A stretch of DNA of 64,000 nucleotides. Source: a virus. The notes beneath the pieces were generated by a model. The model was not told the origin of the DNA. It searched no databases and was given only the letters and a program-made list of their open reading frames with translations. Below, piece after piece: positions 1 through 9,508 of the stretch. Location: positions 32,001-96,000 of IMG/VR virus record IMGVR_UViG_3300049893_001984, one strand, 5' to 3'. Both the position numbers and the translations under genes were made by a program. Position 1 is the stretch's first letter; the number at the start of each line of letters is the position of its first letter.

Positions 1-2118
1 GTTAAGGTCTCCAACAAAAGGAGCGCCATCAATTGATGCAAATCCTTTGTTTGTGAGGATATTACCATCAGCCAGTACTGACTTATGGCAAATAAGCTCT
101 CCGCCAACGATCAGGTTGGCTTCATTAGCACCAGTAGGAGCAATAACAACCGACCCGCCTACTAACATCCCTGTTGACACGACCGTATTGGACTCGCTCA
201 TCTGAATTAGGCGCTGTTCACCTGTACCACCAGAACTCAAGACTGTGAACGCTCCACCTTCCAGGGCATTTATGATGTTGTCACCGCGAACGTAACACAC
301 GCCCTGTTCACCGGCGTCTATGGTAACTGGGTTACTACCAGTCATACCACCGGTCCCCAGGTAAGCCCCCTTACCATAAAGGTACAAAGGCGCCTTCTCG
401 CTCTTCAGAACAATACCCGATGCGTTCGCCTGCTCACCAGGCTGGGCCCAGTTACTAGCAGCTATACCACCTTCTGACCTGGACTCTAGGAGAATGCCGC
501 CGTCCTTCTTGTTGTTACCCGCGAGGCAGTGCAGATTCTTTTCGGCTTTAATGCGCACGTCACTCTTAGCAGCGGAGATATCAACCGCGTGACCAGCTCT
601 AACGACAGCGTCAAACGGAGCCAGGGTTATGCAGGATCTTCCTGGTTGCATAATTACATCGCCGACGCAGGACAGATGGATGTTTCCGCCTTTCATGGCT
701 ATCTGTGATCCGTACCCGTCTTCGATCACAATAGAGCCGTCGTCGAACTGTTTAATAAGAGACCTGCTTTGATAGTAACGTACGGAGTGACCTTGCCGTT
801 GGTCCACCACAAGAGTAGCAAAATCCGGTAGGCTAGCTATAAACTTGTGACCTATGTTTATAGAAGATGGGTTGACTTGCCCACGACTACCCAGGTCAGT
901 CAGCTCATTCTCATTGGGCACATACCAGTCATTCTCGTGTTCTACAAGCCCACGCATGTAGTACTTGTTATTCAGGTAAGCATGGTAGTCTGGCCATTGG
1001 GCAGTTCTATGCCCAGGATCGTTATCACTTGCCCAAGTGAACTCAGGCATATCGTGAGCTTGCCCGGATCCAAGTTGCCCAGCTGCCTTGTAGTTAGGGG
1101 ATTCACCCGCAGAGGAATCGCCCTCTGGATCGCTAGGCCCCTTCAGCTCCTTGGGTACAGGTATTCGTATATACTTTTCGAAACTGATCTCTTTAGCCGA
1201 ACGAATTGAATAAGCCCCGTTTATGTGCTTAACAATTTCCATAAGGCCAATGTACTTATCGCGGTCACTGTGCTTAGCCGTTGTCAGACTGCTGGGAGGA
1301 GCACATATAAACTCGTGCTCTATGTCTCCGAGGTAACCACCCAGCTTAAGGTGGCGGAAGATCATTGTCTGATCATCTTCCTTTGGTTCAAAGGGAGCTT
1401 CCTCGCTGCCCAGCTTAAGCACGCCATTCAATGATTTTGTGGCATTACCTGTTGAGGTGGATATACCCAACGCTTCCCATAGGAACGGCGTGGAACGCTC
1501 AACCACCCTATACTCACCCTCGTCAGCATGATGGTGGTACTCTCCACCGGCTGTGTGGGTCTCCAGATTATACCCTGTTATACGGGTAAGATCGTCACCC
1601 CAGAAGCACTCTAGTTTTGAACCGTCCGATGCTTTAAGCGTTGCCATAATTCGGCCGATAAAAAGCATAAGGCCAAGATCATTAGCAACGCCCCAGTCTC
1701 CAGGAATAATGTCAGCTGGTCTTCCAGCCGAGTGATTGGAGATGATTGACTTCTCACTAACAAAAGGTTTGAAGTGCATTGGATCTTCGTGGATACCAAC
1801 ACGCGATCTGAGCACCACCGATTCAGGAAGTATCATCCTTGGGTCAAACATGTTATGGGTGGCTGGTCCCATAATAAGTGCGTAAGTAAGACCTGGGATG
1901 AAGGCAAGAAGCACACGTGTTTTGATTGCGTACTGACCGGCTGGTCTGGCACCTAGAGGTACATTCCCACCTGACAACATATCAACCCCCAAGCAAGGAG
2001 GTCCGCCAGGTATATGCACTATGTAGGCACCAGTATGGGCGAATGAGTCTTCGATCGTTCCAAGTGAGAGCCTAAATTCCGTGATTGGATCTTTGTTGTA
2101 ATCTGAATCGCTGCTCAT
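1..2118 (-). CDS. Baseplate hub/spike (VgrG/gp5-like) protein, truncated at the left window edge; absent from the ORF track
   Basis: ATG at 2118 preceded by GAGG. The frame is open wherever I translated it (N-term MSSDSDYNKDPITEFRLSLGTIED...; last 120 nt ...ANLIVGGELICHKSVLADGNILTNKGFASIDGAPFVGDLN, beta-strand repeat character). Lies directly downstream of the sheath and tube genes. The middle was not translated codon by codon. Confidence 0.55.
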   Translation of the reverse strand, partial: MSSDSDYNKDPITEFRLSLGTIEDSFAHTGAYIVHIPGGPPCLGVDMLSGGNVPLGARPAGQYAIKTRVLLAFIPGLTYALIMGPATHNMFDPRMILPESVVLRSRVGIHEDPMHFKPFVSEKSIISNHSAGRPADIIPGDWGVANDLGLMLFIGRIMATLKASDGSKLECFWGDDLTRITGYNLETHTAGGEYHHHADEGEYRVVERSTPFLWEALGISTSTGNATKSLNGVLKLGSEEAPFEPKEDDQTMIFRHLKLGGYLGDIEHEFICAPPSSLTTAKHSDRDKYIGLMEIVKHINGAYSIRSAKEISFEKYIRIPVPKELKGPSDPEGDSSAGESPNYKAAGQLGSGQAHDMPEFTWASDNDPGHRTAQWPDYHAYLNNKYYMRGLVEHENDWYVPNENELTDLGSRGQVNPSSINIGHKFIASLPDFATLVVDQRQGHSVRYYQSRSLIKQFDDGSIVIEDGYGSQIAMKGGNIHLSCVGDVIMQPGRSCITLAPFDAVVRAGHAVDISAAKSDVRIKAEKNLHCLAGNNKKDGGILLESRSEGGIAASNWAQPGEQANASGIVLKSEKAPLYLYGKGAYLGTGGMTGSNPVTIDAGEQGVCYVRGDNIINALEGGAFTVLSSGGTGEQRLIQMSESNTVVSTGMLVGGSVVIAPTGANEANLIVGGELICHKSVLADGNILTNKGFASIDGAPFVGDLN

Positions 2119-2139
2119 TTGTACCTCGCACTAATGGAA

Positions 2140-2176
2140 AGAACCTCGGTGCATTGCTTTCAGCAACCGAGGTTCT
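2140..2176 (-). terminator. 11-bp stem hairpin between tube and hub genes (weak terminator or mRNA stabiliser)
   Basis: AGAACCTCGGT (2140-2150) / ACCGAGGTTCT (2166-2176) perfect inverted repeat; only a short T run follows on the minus strand. Confidence 0.5.
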
Positions 2177-2234
2177 ACCACAGCCTATGTATTACGGTAC
2201 ATCGTTTTCAGTACCGGGCCTTGCCTATCCTAAA

Positions 2235-2684
2235 TTACAGGTCAAGGCGTGCAAACATAATGGACAGATCCTCGTTGATAATCATGTCCTGGGCCGCAAC
2301 CACATAGGTAATGCTGTTAATAACCACACCGGAAGCCTTCAAGCTACCAACGCTCTGGCCAGTCGTACAACCAGCGGTGAAGTCCAGCGTCATGGTGTTG
2401 CCCTTCATATTACACACATCAGCGTACTTCTGAATAAACTCGCTGCTGATGCCTTTGTTACCGACAATACGCTTGATGGACATCGTACCAGCTGTTCTAC
2501 CTGCAATGAAGAACGTCTTGGCCGAGCCAACTTCGTAAACACGATTAATGTTCTGGGTGTAGGTGATGGTGACATTCTGCACCATGAGGTCTGCATTGCC
2601 TGTTCCACCTATGAGAAGTCGAGTGGAGTCAGCTGCAAGCGGATCACCAATATCTACCTCTCGTTTAAAGATGTCTCTGGCCAT
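2235..2684 (-). CDS. Tail tube protein
   Basis: 149 aa, beta-rich, immediately downstream of the sheath gene; YEVGS...AGRTAGTMSIKRI segment typical of contractile-tail tubes; strong SD (AAGGAG). Confidence 0.8.
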   Translation of the reverse strand: MARDIFKREVDIGDPLAADSTRLLIGGTGNADLMVQNVTITYTQNINRVYEVGSAKTFFIAGRTAGTMSIKRIVGNKGISSEFIQKYADVCNMKGNTMTLDFTAGCTTGQSVGSLKASGVVINSITYVVAAQDMIINEDLSIMFARLDL

Positions 2685-2715
2685 ATCTATTCTCCTTTTT
2701 AGCTATTTATTAGTT

Positions 2716-2744
2716 GAGTGGGCCGCATAAGGTACGGCCCACTC
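2716..2744 (-). other. 10-bp intergenic hairpin without U-tract between sheath and tube
   Basis: GAGTGGGCCG / CGGCCCACTC perfect inverted repeat with a 9-nt loop. Confidence 0.6.
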
Positions 2745-2762
2745 CAATATAGTTTGTTTGGT

Positions 2763-5522
2763 TTACGCGATAAGGTGCAGCTCAACATTGTTCAGCGGGA
2801 AGGGCAGGTCAACCGATATGCGTGCAACGATACGATCCAACAGTGTCGGATGTTGCTGCAGCTCTATGATAACCGCGTCCAACATCTGCGGCCCCAAGCG
2901 CGGAACAAGAATCGTATTCTTGAACTCTTCCACCAGGTCGATGATCTCGGTCTTGATAATACTAATCATCGTCGGCGTCACGTTACCTCTACCGATGAAC
3001 GGCTTGATACGGAGCAAGAAGTTCTTCGATATATTATCGAGGTTGGTCGTGATGTTCTGTTCTTTCTGCGTCAGGTCCGTCTGGTCACCCGTGGACAACT
3101 GGTGCCGAGTGAACACCGTGCCGTTCTTCTTGTCCTTGGTCACGATCCAGTAACCACTGTCGGCCAACACATTCAGCTGCGTGGCAGAGAAGTAGTCAAC
3201 CGTGCGGGACAGGTCGTCGAACCCGGTTATCTCGACGTTGGTCAACCCCTGGTGAGGGAGCGAGGCAGCCCGGAGGCCTGCCAGCGCCGCGCACAAGTGG
3301 AACCCTTCGAACACCATTCCAGCGTTGCCAACCTTATCCGGCCACACCAGGAAAGTACGTCGGCTGCGGAAGAGACCAGGCTTCTGAGCCAAGTCGGCCG
3401 CAATCTCGTTTCTAGTAAGAGTCCGGTGAATTTCGATCTTGGAGGCAGTGATAACCGGGGAAGCAGGCCCAGTAAGCAGGCGCAGCGTTTCCTCAGACAG
3501 AACCGCATCAATCTCGTATTCACTGTAGGACACGTTACCGAAACCATCGGTAGTGTAGAGCGCGCGCAACGTGTCACCGGCACGCACACCCTTTGTAATG
3601 AACTCACCACCAGCAAGGTCCACAATCGTATACTGTGTACCGCTGGTGTTGACGTCATCACTAATTGTAGCAAGGAGAGCCTGGTCCAGGGCATCTTTGC
3701 TGTAAACGTCCAGCACTTCAGTGGGGTCCTGGTTGATCCAGCAGATCCGCCAGCGGCCGTTGAAGGGGCTAGATTCGCTGTCACAGTGAGCACTGAAAGC
3801 ATCAAGCACTTCTTTGTTCTTAGTCAAAGGCACCAAGGAGTAAACATCCTCGTTACCCGTAAGGATATCAATTGCATCAAGCCAGTTTTCGAGGTCGTCA
3901 CCGCACACCCCAAGGTAGTAGCAGTCTTCGCCATTACCATTGAGGAGAGAGTTATACACGCCAAACACCAGCGGGTTGTCAGGATGAACCACTGCGCCAG
4001 GGGCGAAGACACTGTCAATGTCCCCCACGCTGTTGATAGACCCGAGCACGTTGCAATTTGTAGACAAGCGATCCCGGTGCTGCACGAAAACCTTACCAGC
4101 TTCCACCGGAAGGTTAACCGGAACGTTCGCAACAGCCCAACTATCGTCTGTGGCTTCAATTCCGTCCTTAATGCAGATCTCAGTATCGCTCTGAGTGTAG
4201 TTAACCAGCGGAGCAGAACCGATACGGTTCTCGCTGACTTCAATGTTCTTCTTGATATACAGCGTAGGAGCAAGAGCAGGCGCAGCACCTTGAATTCCGC
4301 CGCAGAACCCTCTGAGATCGTCAGGAAGGTTATTAGCCAGCGTAACCGTTCGCACAGCACCCTCAGCTGCAGCAACCACAGCGACGTCCCACTTGTCGCC
4401 AATGTACAATCCACCGCCACCGATCGTGAAGGTGATAGTCACACCAAGGGAACCGATCGCCACAGCCACACCGGACGTTGTAACGTCAGTCGGGCCGCTA
4501 AGATCGATGCCAGTCGTAGTGGAGACAGTGATCTGCGGTTTCAGTACATCAGAGAACTTACCACCACGCGTAACCTCAACCACGTAAGTAGTGTCGGAAT
4601 CTCCTACATACGTACCAGCCGCAGTCACGGTTGGAGCCGTATAAGGCATGGTGACAGTCACAGTCCATTCCTGGCCTGCAACGAAGTCATCAGCAGTGTT
4701 GGACCAAGTAACTGTCAGTCCACGGGTACCAATGGTCGTAGGGGAAGCGAAGGCCGCAGGCGTATTACCTGTGGACTCGTCGTTTCCGCTGGCTGTAGTA
4801 ACGTCGAACAAGGCAACACCAGGAGCACCACCGAGGGTGAACGTAATGGTGTAAACCTCGCTGGCGTTGCCGTCAGCATAGGCGTTAAAAGAAGCCGCAG
4901 ACGCAGCTTCAGTAATGTCATTTGCAGTACCCGCTGTCTGAGTAATGACAGCAGCCGCAGCCTGGCTGGCCAGATTGGCGGCGTAAGCATCCGGAGTGGC
5001 GTCGATCGAGGAGCTGATAAGATCAGCAACCAGGCCGGTAATAGTGGAGGTGAACTCCATAGTGGCGCTGGAGCAGTCAAGACCAGACACCTTGAGGACG
5101 TCGCCAACCTTCACATCACGCAGGAAAGCTCCAGAGCGTGTGAAAGAGTTAGCGGTCTTCAGCACAAGGCTGGCAAACCGAACACGGTTCTTAGCAGGGG
5201 TAACGCCGTTGGTCGTAGTGACCACCGCCAACCCACCACTGCCAGACGTGTAATAACGGAGCAAGGCGTCTTCCATAAACACCTTGGTATAGTTGAAATC
5301 AACCTCGGCACCGGCTTCACGCCCAGGCCACGGATAACAAGTTTCCGTGGTATAGTCGTAAACATCCGTTACCTTAGTCCCGGCTTTTTCATCGGAATCC
5401 GTATACCGATGCAAGTCGTACTGATGTCCTATAATACAGGCGTTCTGCGGCTGTGCCAAAGCAACAGGCTGAGACGCAAATTCCTGGAAAACAAGAACCT
5501 GAGGCAATACATAGTTAGGCAT
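2763..5522 (-). CDS. Tail sheath protein
   Basis: 919 aa; N-term MPNYVLPQVLVFQEF; C-terminal sheath domain (CAALAGLRAASLPHQGLTNVEI ... FTRHQLST ... DRIVARISVDLPFPLNNVELHLIA); long Thr/Ala-rich beta insertions; upstream of the tube gene. Confidence 0.9.
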   Translation of the reverse strand: MPNYVLPQVLVFQEFASQPVALAQPQNACIIGHQYDLHRYTDSDEKAGTKVTDVYDYTTETCYPWPGREAGAEVDFNYTKVFMEDALLRYYTSGSGGLAVVTTTNGVTPAKNRVRFASLVLKTANSFTRSGAFLRDVKVGDVLKVSGLDCSSATMEFTSTITGLVADLISSSIDATPDAYAANLASQAAAAVITQTAGTANDITEAASAASFNAYADGNASEVYTITFTLGGAPGVALFDVTTASGNDESTGNTPAAFASPTTIGTRGLTVTWSNTADDFVAGQEWTVTVTMPYTAPTVTAAGTYVGDSDTTYVVEVTRGGKFSDVLKPQITVSTTTGIDLSGPTDVTTSGVAVAIGSLGVTITFTIGGGGLYIGDKWDVAVVAAAEGAVRTVTLANNLPDDLRGFCGGIQGAAPALAPTLYIKKNIEVSENRIGSAPLVNYTQSDTEICIKDGIEATDDSWAVANVPVNLPVEAGKVFVQHRDRLSTNCNVLGSINSVGDIDSVFAPGAVVHPDNPLVFGVYNSLLNGNGEDCYYLGVCGDDLENWLDAIDILTGNEDVYSLVPLTKNKEVLDAFSAHCDSESSPFNGRWRICWINQDPTEVLDVYSKDALDQALLATISDDVNTSGTQYTIVDLAGGEFITKGVRAGDTLRALYTTDGFGNVSYSEYEIDAVLSEETLRLLTGPASPVITASKIEIHRTLTRNEIAADLAQKPGLFRSRRTFLVWPDKVGNAGMVFEGFHLCAALAGLRAASLPHQGLTNVEITGFDDLSRTVDYFSATQLNVLADSGYWIVTKDKKNGTVFTRHQLSTGDQTDLTQKEQNITTNLDNISKNFLLRIKPFIGRGNVTPTMISIIKTEIIDLVEEFKNTILVPRLGPQMLDAVIIELQQHPTLLDRIVARISVDLPFPLNNVELHLIA

Positions 5523-5541
5523 GAGGTAGCTCTCCTTAAAA

Positions 5542-6252
5542 CTACTTTGGTCTTACGTCTACAGCAATTGACTTTAACCAAGGCGCTTCCATGTCAACGC
5601 GCCAAGATTTAGAGTATGCATAGTTTACAACAACCGGCACAACAAAGTGTTCCGCAGATTCATCTAGAATAGCGGGATCTTCCATCGTAATCTCGTCAAA
5701 AGTCATAAAGTTTAGTGCACGTCTTATAACAGGACCAAACTCCATGAGATGATGGAAAACTTCGTCAGCTAACAAGTCCGACTCTGCGGCTGAAAAGGCA
5801 ACGCAGTATATAGTGTGCGTTCCTCTTACAAGCCTAGAGTGGAACTCCCCAGGAACGCGAACAAGCTTTTTAGTATTCTTATCATAAATAGCGCCGGTAG
5901 TCATCCCGTTATCTATACATCTCTTTTCTGGGACTTGCTTTCCACGCTTTACGTAGATTGCAGCTCTACGCTGTATGTCTTGTGCAATATAACGGTAAAC
6001 AGGCTCAATCTGTATCGTTGTGAGCTTAGCGTCTTTGTTCCAGACAAGGTCCTCCAGCTGTCTTTTGTGCTGGCGTGTCTCGTGGTTTATAAACTCGTTA
6101 GAGCCTTCAAACTCTAGCTGCTGCGGGTTAGAGAAATGCTCCTGCAGCATACGTACAAACAAACCAGTCAGGATATTACCAGTAAACCGCGTAGTGCATA
6201 GACTACTGGCTGTGTCCAGTCCGATGTTTGTCGTGTTCAGGCTTAGATTCAC
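5542..6252 (-). CDS. Putative tail completion/terminator protein
   Basis: 236 aa directly upstream of the sheath gene; beta-rich C-half; GTG start with upstream GAGGAAGAG. Call rests on synteny. Confidence 0.4.
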   Translation of the reverse strand: MNLSLNTTNIGLDTASSLCTTRFTGNILTGLFVRMLQEHFSNPQQLEFEGSNEFINHETRQHKRQLEDLVWNKDAKLTTIQIEPVYRYIAQDIQRRAAIYVKRGKQVPEKRCIDNGMTTGAIYDKNTKKLVRVPGEFHSRLVRGTHTIYCVAFSAAESDLLADEVFHHLMEFGPVIRRALNFMTFDEITMEDPAILDESAEHFVVPVVVNYAYSKSWRVDMEAPWLKSIAVDVRPK

Positions 6253-6352
6253 GTTTAGGCTCTTCCTCTTCGTATAACTTATCTATCATACTTATACGGT
6301 TGAAGAAAGGGTTCTTAACTTTCTTCTTCTGCTCTTCAGCTTTGTTTTCCAT
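6203..6352 (-). CDS. Small hypothetical protein (49 aa, MENKAEEQKKKVKNPFFNR...), below the ORF-track cutoff
   Basis: ATG at 6352, TAG at 6203-6205; fills the gap between neighbours but overlaps both. Confidence 0.3.
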   Translation of the reverse strand: MENKAEEQKKKVKNPFFNRISMIDKLYEEEEPKRESKPEHDKHRTGHSQ

Positions 6353-6530
6353 CTTCACGACTTCCTAACCAGTAAAGGATAGCCTGGCTCAACTTATCTG
6401 GATCTTCGACACCAACAGCGTTAGCCATCGCCTCCTTGGTTATACCGAGCTCGTTAAGTGCAACATCCAGCCCGAAGTCAAAGGCCCTTATTCTATTGTC
6501 AATCAGAATTGCTTCTGCTTCTTTAGTCAT
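6336..6530 (-). CDS. Small putative virion protein with AFxxG...G helical module
   Basis: 64 aa; SD GAGG; two KEA motifs; AFDFGLDVALNELGIT module shared with other head ORFs. Confidence 0.6.
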   Translation of the reverse strand: MTKEAEAILIDNRIRAFDFGLDVALNELGITKEAMANAVGVEDPDKLSQAILYWLGSREDGKQS

Positions 6531-6566
6531 GTTAGTTTCCTCGCATTGGTCAGTGTAGTCAATACT

Positions 6567-7487
6567 TTACCAATCGCCATCTATATCTATCCCAATAGAA
6601 GCTGAGCTCAAGCTGCTGTAAGAAGAAGAACTGGAGGAGCCACCGTACTCTGGGATCAGATATATGATCTCTGAAACTGGGGCTAGTCGTAGTTCAACTT
6701 CGTAAATAAGCGGTATACCGCCTAGTTCGGCTACATGCTTAATCGAGTTTACGAAATAACGCTCGCCGTTGTCCCGTCTAACCCAAACATCGTTAGTGTC
6801 TAGATGAGGGTAAGCTACGCAACGCCCCATCCTTGTTATGTCATTATGTATACCAGAGTTATCAGAGAACTTAAACTCCCGAGTAGGGGCTGTCAGCGTC
6901 ATCGTCATATCAACTGCTTTGAAGTAACCACCAACAAAACCAGTGCTAAAGCAAGTTTCACACCACGACTGCGGTTCTCGTGTATCGTATTCCTGACAAA
7001 GTTCGCAGGGCTGACCCCACCTTCTTCGTTTATGGACAAACCCTACGCAGGTCTTGTTAGTACCCTTGCGCTGCTGCAGGTATTCCTTACGCACTATCTC
7101 TTTGGCAACTAGCCAGTCACGTTTACTCCAAAGACCATTCGCTTGTTGCGGTTGTGATACATAAGCAGTGTTATTCTGGTTTGGGAGTAAGAGTCTTACA
7201 CGATAATAGAAGTCTGAGGTCTGGTCGTAATATCTTTGCTCTGGATCTATTAAGGTGCATTCGTCTACCACAGGCGTTGTCTGCACCATCTTCCATTCGC
7301 TTGTTCCAGCCCTGCCAAAATCAACGTAAAAGTGAAAGGGCCCTGGGGCCTTAAACCCAGGCTTAAGCCCCCAGGATATACGTGTTCCGCCTAATGGTTG
7401 CGTAACAACCTGTATACGTGAGAATACGTCGCAGCTTCCAAGGCGTACCGGATCACCCTCATTAAATATGGGAATATTAAGCCCCAT
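6567..7487 (-). CDS. Putative neck/head-closure protein with Cys-rich Zn site
   Basis: 306 aa; CELC...CETCFSTGFVGGY; located between head and tail genes; Ser-rich C-terminus. Confidence 0.5.
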   Translation of the reverse strand: MGLNIPIFNEGDPVRLGSCDVFSRIQVVTQPLGGTRISWGLKPGFKAPGPFHFYVDFGRAGTSEWKMVQTTPVVDECTLIDPEQRYYDQTSDFYYRVRLLLPNQNNTAYVSQPQQANGLWSKRDWLVAKEIVRKEYLQQRKGTNKTCVGFVHKRRRWGQPCELCQEYDTREPQSWCETCFSTGFVGGYFKAVDMTMTLTAPTREFKFSDNSGIHNDITRMGRCVAYPHLDTNDVWVRRDNGERYFVNSIKHVAELGGIPLIYEVELRLAPVSEIIYLIPEYGGSSSSSSYSSLSSASIGIDIDGDW

Positions 7488-8139
7488 GGTGCCGCCTCTT
7501 CATAATGTTCATTAGGTTTTCACGGACCTTCTTTTGGTGTGGGGTTACGATCCTTACACCCTCTTCGTCAGACGGTTGAGCTGTGTCATCACGGCGAGGT
7601 GCGGCATTGGTTTTTGCTTTGCGTAAAGCATCGCGCATTCCATTCAGCCCATCAACAACCTCACGTGGCTGCAACTCCTGCATCATCTTGTCGTTAGGCG
7701 GCGGAAGAGGCGGAGGCGGCATGACTTGCTGAGGCGGCGGCAAGCCAGCCCCAAGCGGTGGATTTGGGTCTGGTGGCGGGGGAGGCGGCATTGCCCCAGG
7801 AGGCGGCATTGCCCCAGGTGGGGGCATCCCACCTGGGGGTGGGCCACCTGCTCCAGGTGGGATGCCCCCTGCGCCTGGAGGAGGCGGACCATCGGCCCTC
7901 TTCCTCATAGCGTACGCACTCTCCTTGTACAGCTTCTCTTTTTCTTTCGCCGGATCGTTATAGTGTTTTGCTGCGTACCCAACCACAGGCGCTACTGCTG
8001 CGGCACCCATTACATATTTAAGAGGGGTTGGCACAACATCACCAGCAACAACACGACCGACAGACCTTATGGCCTTGTTCTCCTCTGGGTTCATCCCCAG
8101 AATCTGCATAATTCTATCGGCCAACATATGGTTACTCAT
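7477..8139 (-). CDS. Pro/Gly/Met-rich putative internal head protein
   Basis: 220 aa; hydrophobic segment followed by KESA/KRA motifs and MPPPGA repeats. Confidence 0.6.
   Translation of the reverse strand: MSNHMLADRIMQILGMNPEENKAIRSVGRVVAGDVVPTPLKYVMGAAAVAPVVGYAAKHYNDPAKEKEKLYKESAYAMRKRADGPPPPGAGGIPPGAGGPPPGGMPPPGAMPPPGAMPPPPPPDPNPPLGAGLPPPQQVMPPPPLPPPNDKMMQELQPREVVDGLNGMRDALRKAKTNAAPRRDDTAQPSDEEGVRIVTPHQKKVRENLMNIMKRRHHGA
7781..7834. repeat. 18-nt tandem repeat (2 exact + 1 degenerate copy) encoding MPPPGA
   Basis: GGAGGCGGCATTGCCCCA at 7781 and 7799; degenerate copy at 7817. Confidence 0.85.
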
Positions 8140-8141
8140 AA

Positions 8142-9041
8142 CTACCTCTGAGGATTAAACCGGTAGCCGCCAAGGTCTGCGAAAGCACCCAGGATGTTAA
8201 TTTCGATCTTCTTCTGTTTAACAAAGTCCTGGTACGCTTTCCATCGTTCCTGTCCCATCTTTAGGTAATCAGGCCATTTCTTAGTGTCAGCCACAGAGAC
8301 TCCACCAGCGTTATAATCCAAATCGTTTCTACGCATCCAGTGTGCAACTAGAATCAGGAGTTGACCCACTGTAGCCTCCAGCCAGTGATACCGGTACGGG
8401 AACGTGACAGCAGTAAACTCACCTATAGGCGGCGGGACTTCGTTCCAATAGTCTATGGGTCTACGCATAGCCCAGGCTATTTCGTGTTCTTTGAAATCAA
8501 CCGTATCAATCAGGAAGTTTATCTCTGGGCAGGTATCTCTAACAGCCAAGCGTACTTCGAACATCGTAAGAGGACCTGGATCGTTCTTGAATTCAAGGTT
8601 AGGCATAACCTCGTAGTAAAACGGGTAGATCTTCTTTCTGACGCCCATCTCGTAGATAGTAGCAGTGCCTACCCATATACCTGCGTATGAAGTTGCAGTA
8701 GCGTCAAAGTTTATCTTAACAATACCTTGCGCGGCGTCTTGATCTGAAACTATTTCAGCCATGCCTTGGTGCATAGGCAGGTGAGACCATTCCATTTCTT
8801 TAATGGTGATCATGACTCCATTGGTAGGACATTCTATAGTAGAAGTGCTGGAGTTCTCTGAGCAGGAAGAGGAGCTTGAAGTTGCCCCAAGTCCATATTG
8901 AGTAAGGTCAACGGGTGTTCCAGTCTTTACGTCAACCAGCTGGAAGTAAACAGAGTCTACTGTGCCCTGGCCAACGGATAGGACCTTAAGCTCATTCAGG
9001 CATGCGCCCAGGTGATCCAGGCAGTCGTTTGCAAAAGCCAT
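8142..9041 (-). CDS. Putative head-tail adaptor (neck) protein
   Basis: 299 aa; C-terminal WMRRNDLDYNAGGVSV motif and helical adaptor character; N-terminal beta domain with a poly-Ser loop; synteny. Confidence 0.5.
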   Translation of the reverse strand: MAFANDCLDHLGACLNELKVLSVGQGTVDSVYFQLVDVKTGTPVDLTQYGLGATSSSSSCSENSSTSTIECPTNGVMITIKEMEWSHLPMHQGMAEIVSDQDAAQGIVKINFDATATSYAGIWVGTATIYEMGVRKKIYPFYYEVMPNLEFKNDPGPLTMFEVRLAVRDTCPEINFLIDTVDFKEHEIAWAMRRPIDYWNEVPPPIGEFTAVTFPYRYHWLEATVGQLLILVAHWMRRNDLDYNAGGVSVADTKKWPDYLKMGQERWKAYQDFVKQKKIEINILGAFADLGGYRFNPQR

Positions 9042-9053
9042 AAAGAGCCCCCA

Positions 9054-9094
9054 ATAAAAAGCCGCCCTGGCAGGAATTCATCCGTCCGGGCGGC
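9054..9094 (-). terminator. Rho-independent terminator
   Basis: GCCGCCC (9061-9067) / GGGCGGC (9088-9094) stem followed by TTTTTAT on the minus strand. Confidence 0.65.
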
Positions 9095-9118
9095 ATTATC
9101 CTGTTTTACAAATACATA

Positions 9119-9493
9119 CTACTGGCGAAGCGGAGAAGAGATGGGCTTTGATCCATCGCCCAAGAACACGTTACCCTTGTTACGGGCGTTACGCATCTTG
9201 GATAACTTCTCTTCTTTGACAACCTCCGGATCTTTAACTTCTTCCTTGGTAACAACTTCTTCTTTAACTGCAACTTCTTGTTTTTGTGTAACCTTTTCCG
9301 GGTTAGTAACAGTAACAGTAACGGAAAGCGGATCTTCCTTCTGGTGAAACACAGCGTCAACAATCTCAACCTTGCTTTCGCTGATAGTTGAACTGCTTTC
9401 TTTTACTTCTTCCACCTGAGGCACCGGTTTTCTGGTGCCGTATCTATTCCGCTTAAAATCACGTTTGTGCGGTTTTTCGTACGCGATCGACAT
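9119..9493 (-). CDS. Hypothetical charged low-complexity protein
   Basis: 124 aa, K/E/V rich; SD AAGGGAG. Confidence 0.6.
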   Translation of the reverse strand: MSIAYEKPHKRDFKRNRYGTRKPVPQVEEVKESSSTISESKVEIVDAVFHQKEDPLSVTVTVTNPEKVTQKQEVAVKEEVVTKEEVKDPEVVKEEKLSKMRNARNKGNVFLGDGSKPISSPLRQ

Positions 9494-9508
9494 CGTTCTC
9501 CCTTTCGG

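Noticed and set aside
2119-2234. Possible c-di-GMP or other riboswitch in the hub leader
   Set aside because: GGCAA and GAAA-like bits are present, but the consensus GCAAA/P2 arrangement could not be matched; kept only as hairpins.
847-2702. Short ORFs on both strands over the hub and tube genes (and about 200 similar short track ORFs elsewhere)
   Set aside because: They overlap better-supported genes in other frames and have no motifs or SD support.
2718-5612. 964-aa plus-strand ORF
   Set aside because: Exact antisense shadow of the sheath gene in the same codon register, explained by absence of TTA/CTA/TCA; no SD and unnatural composition.
6203-6530. Programmed frameshift joining the 64-aa and 49-aa ORFs
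   Set aside because: No slippery heptamer or stimulatory structure recognised; simple translational coupling suffices.
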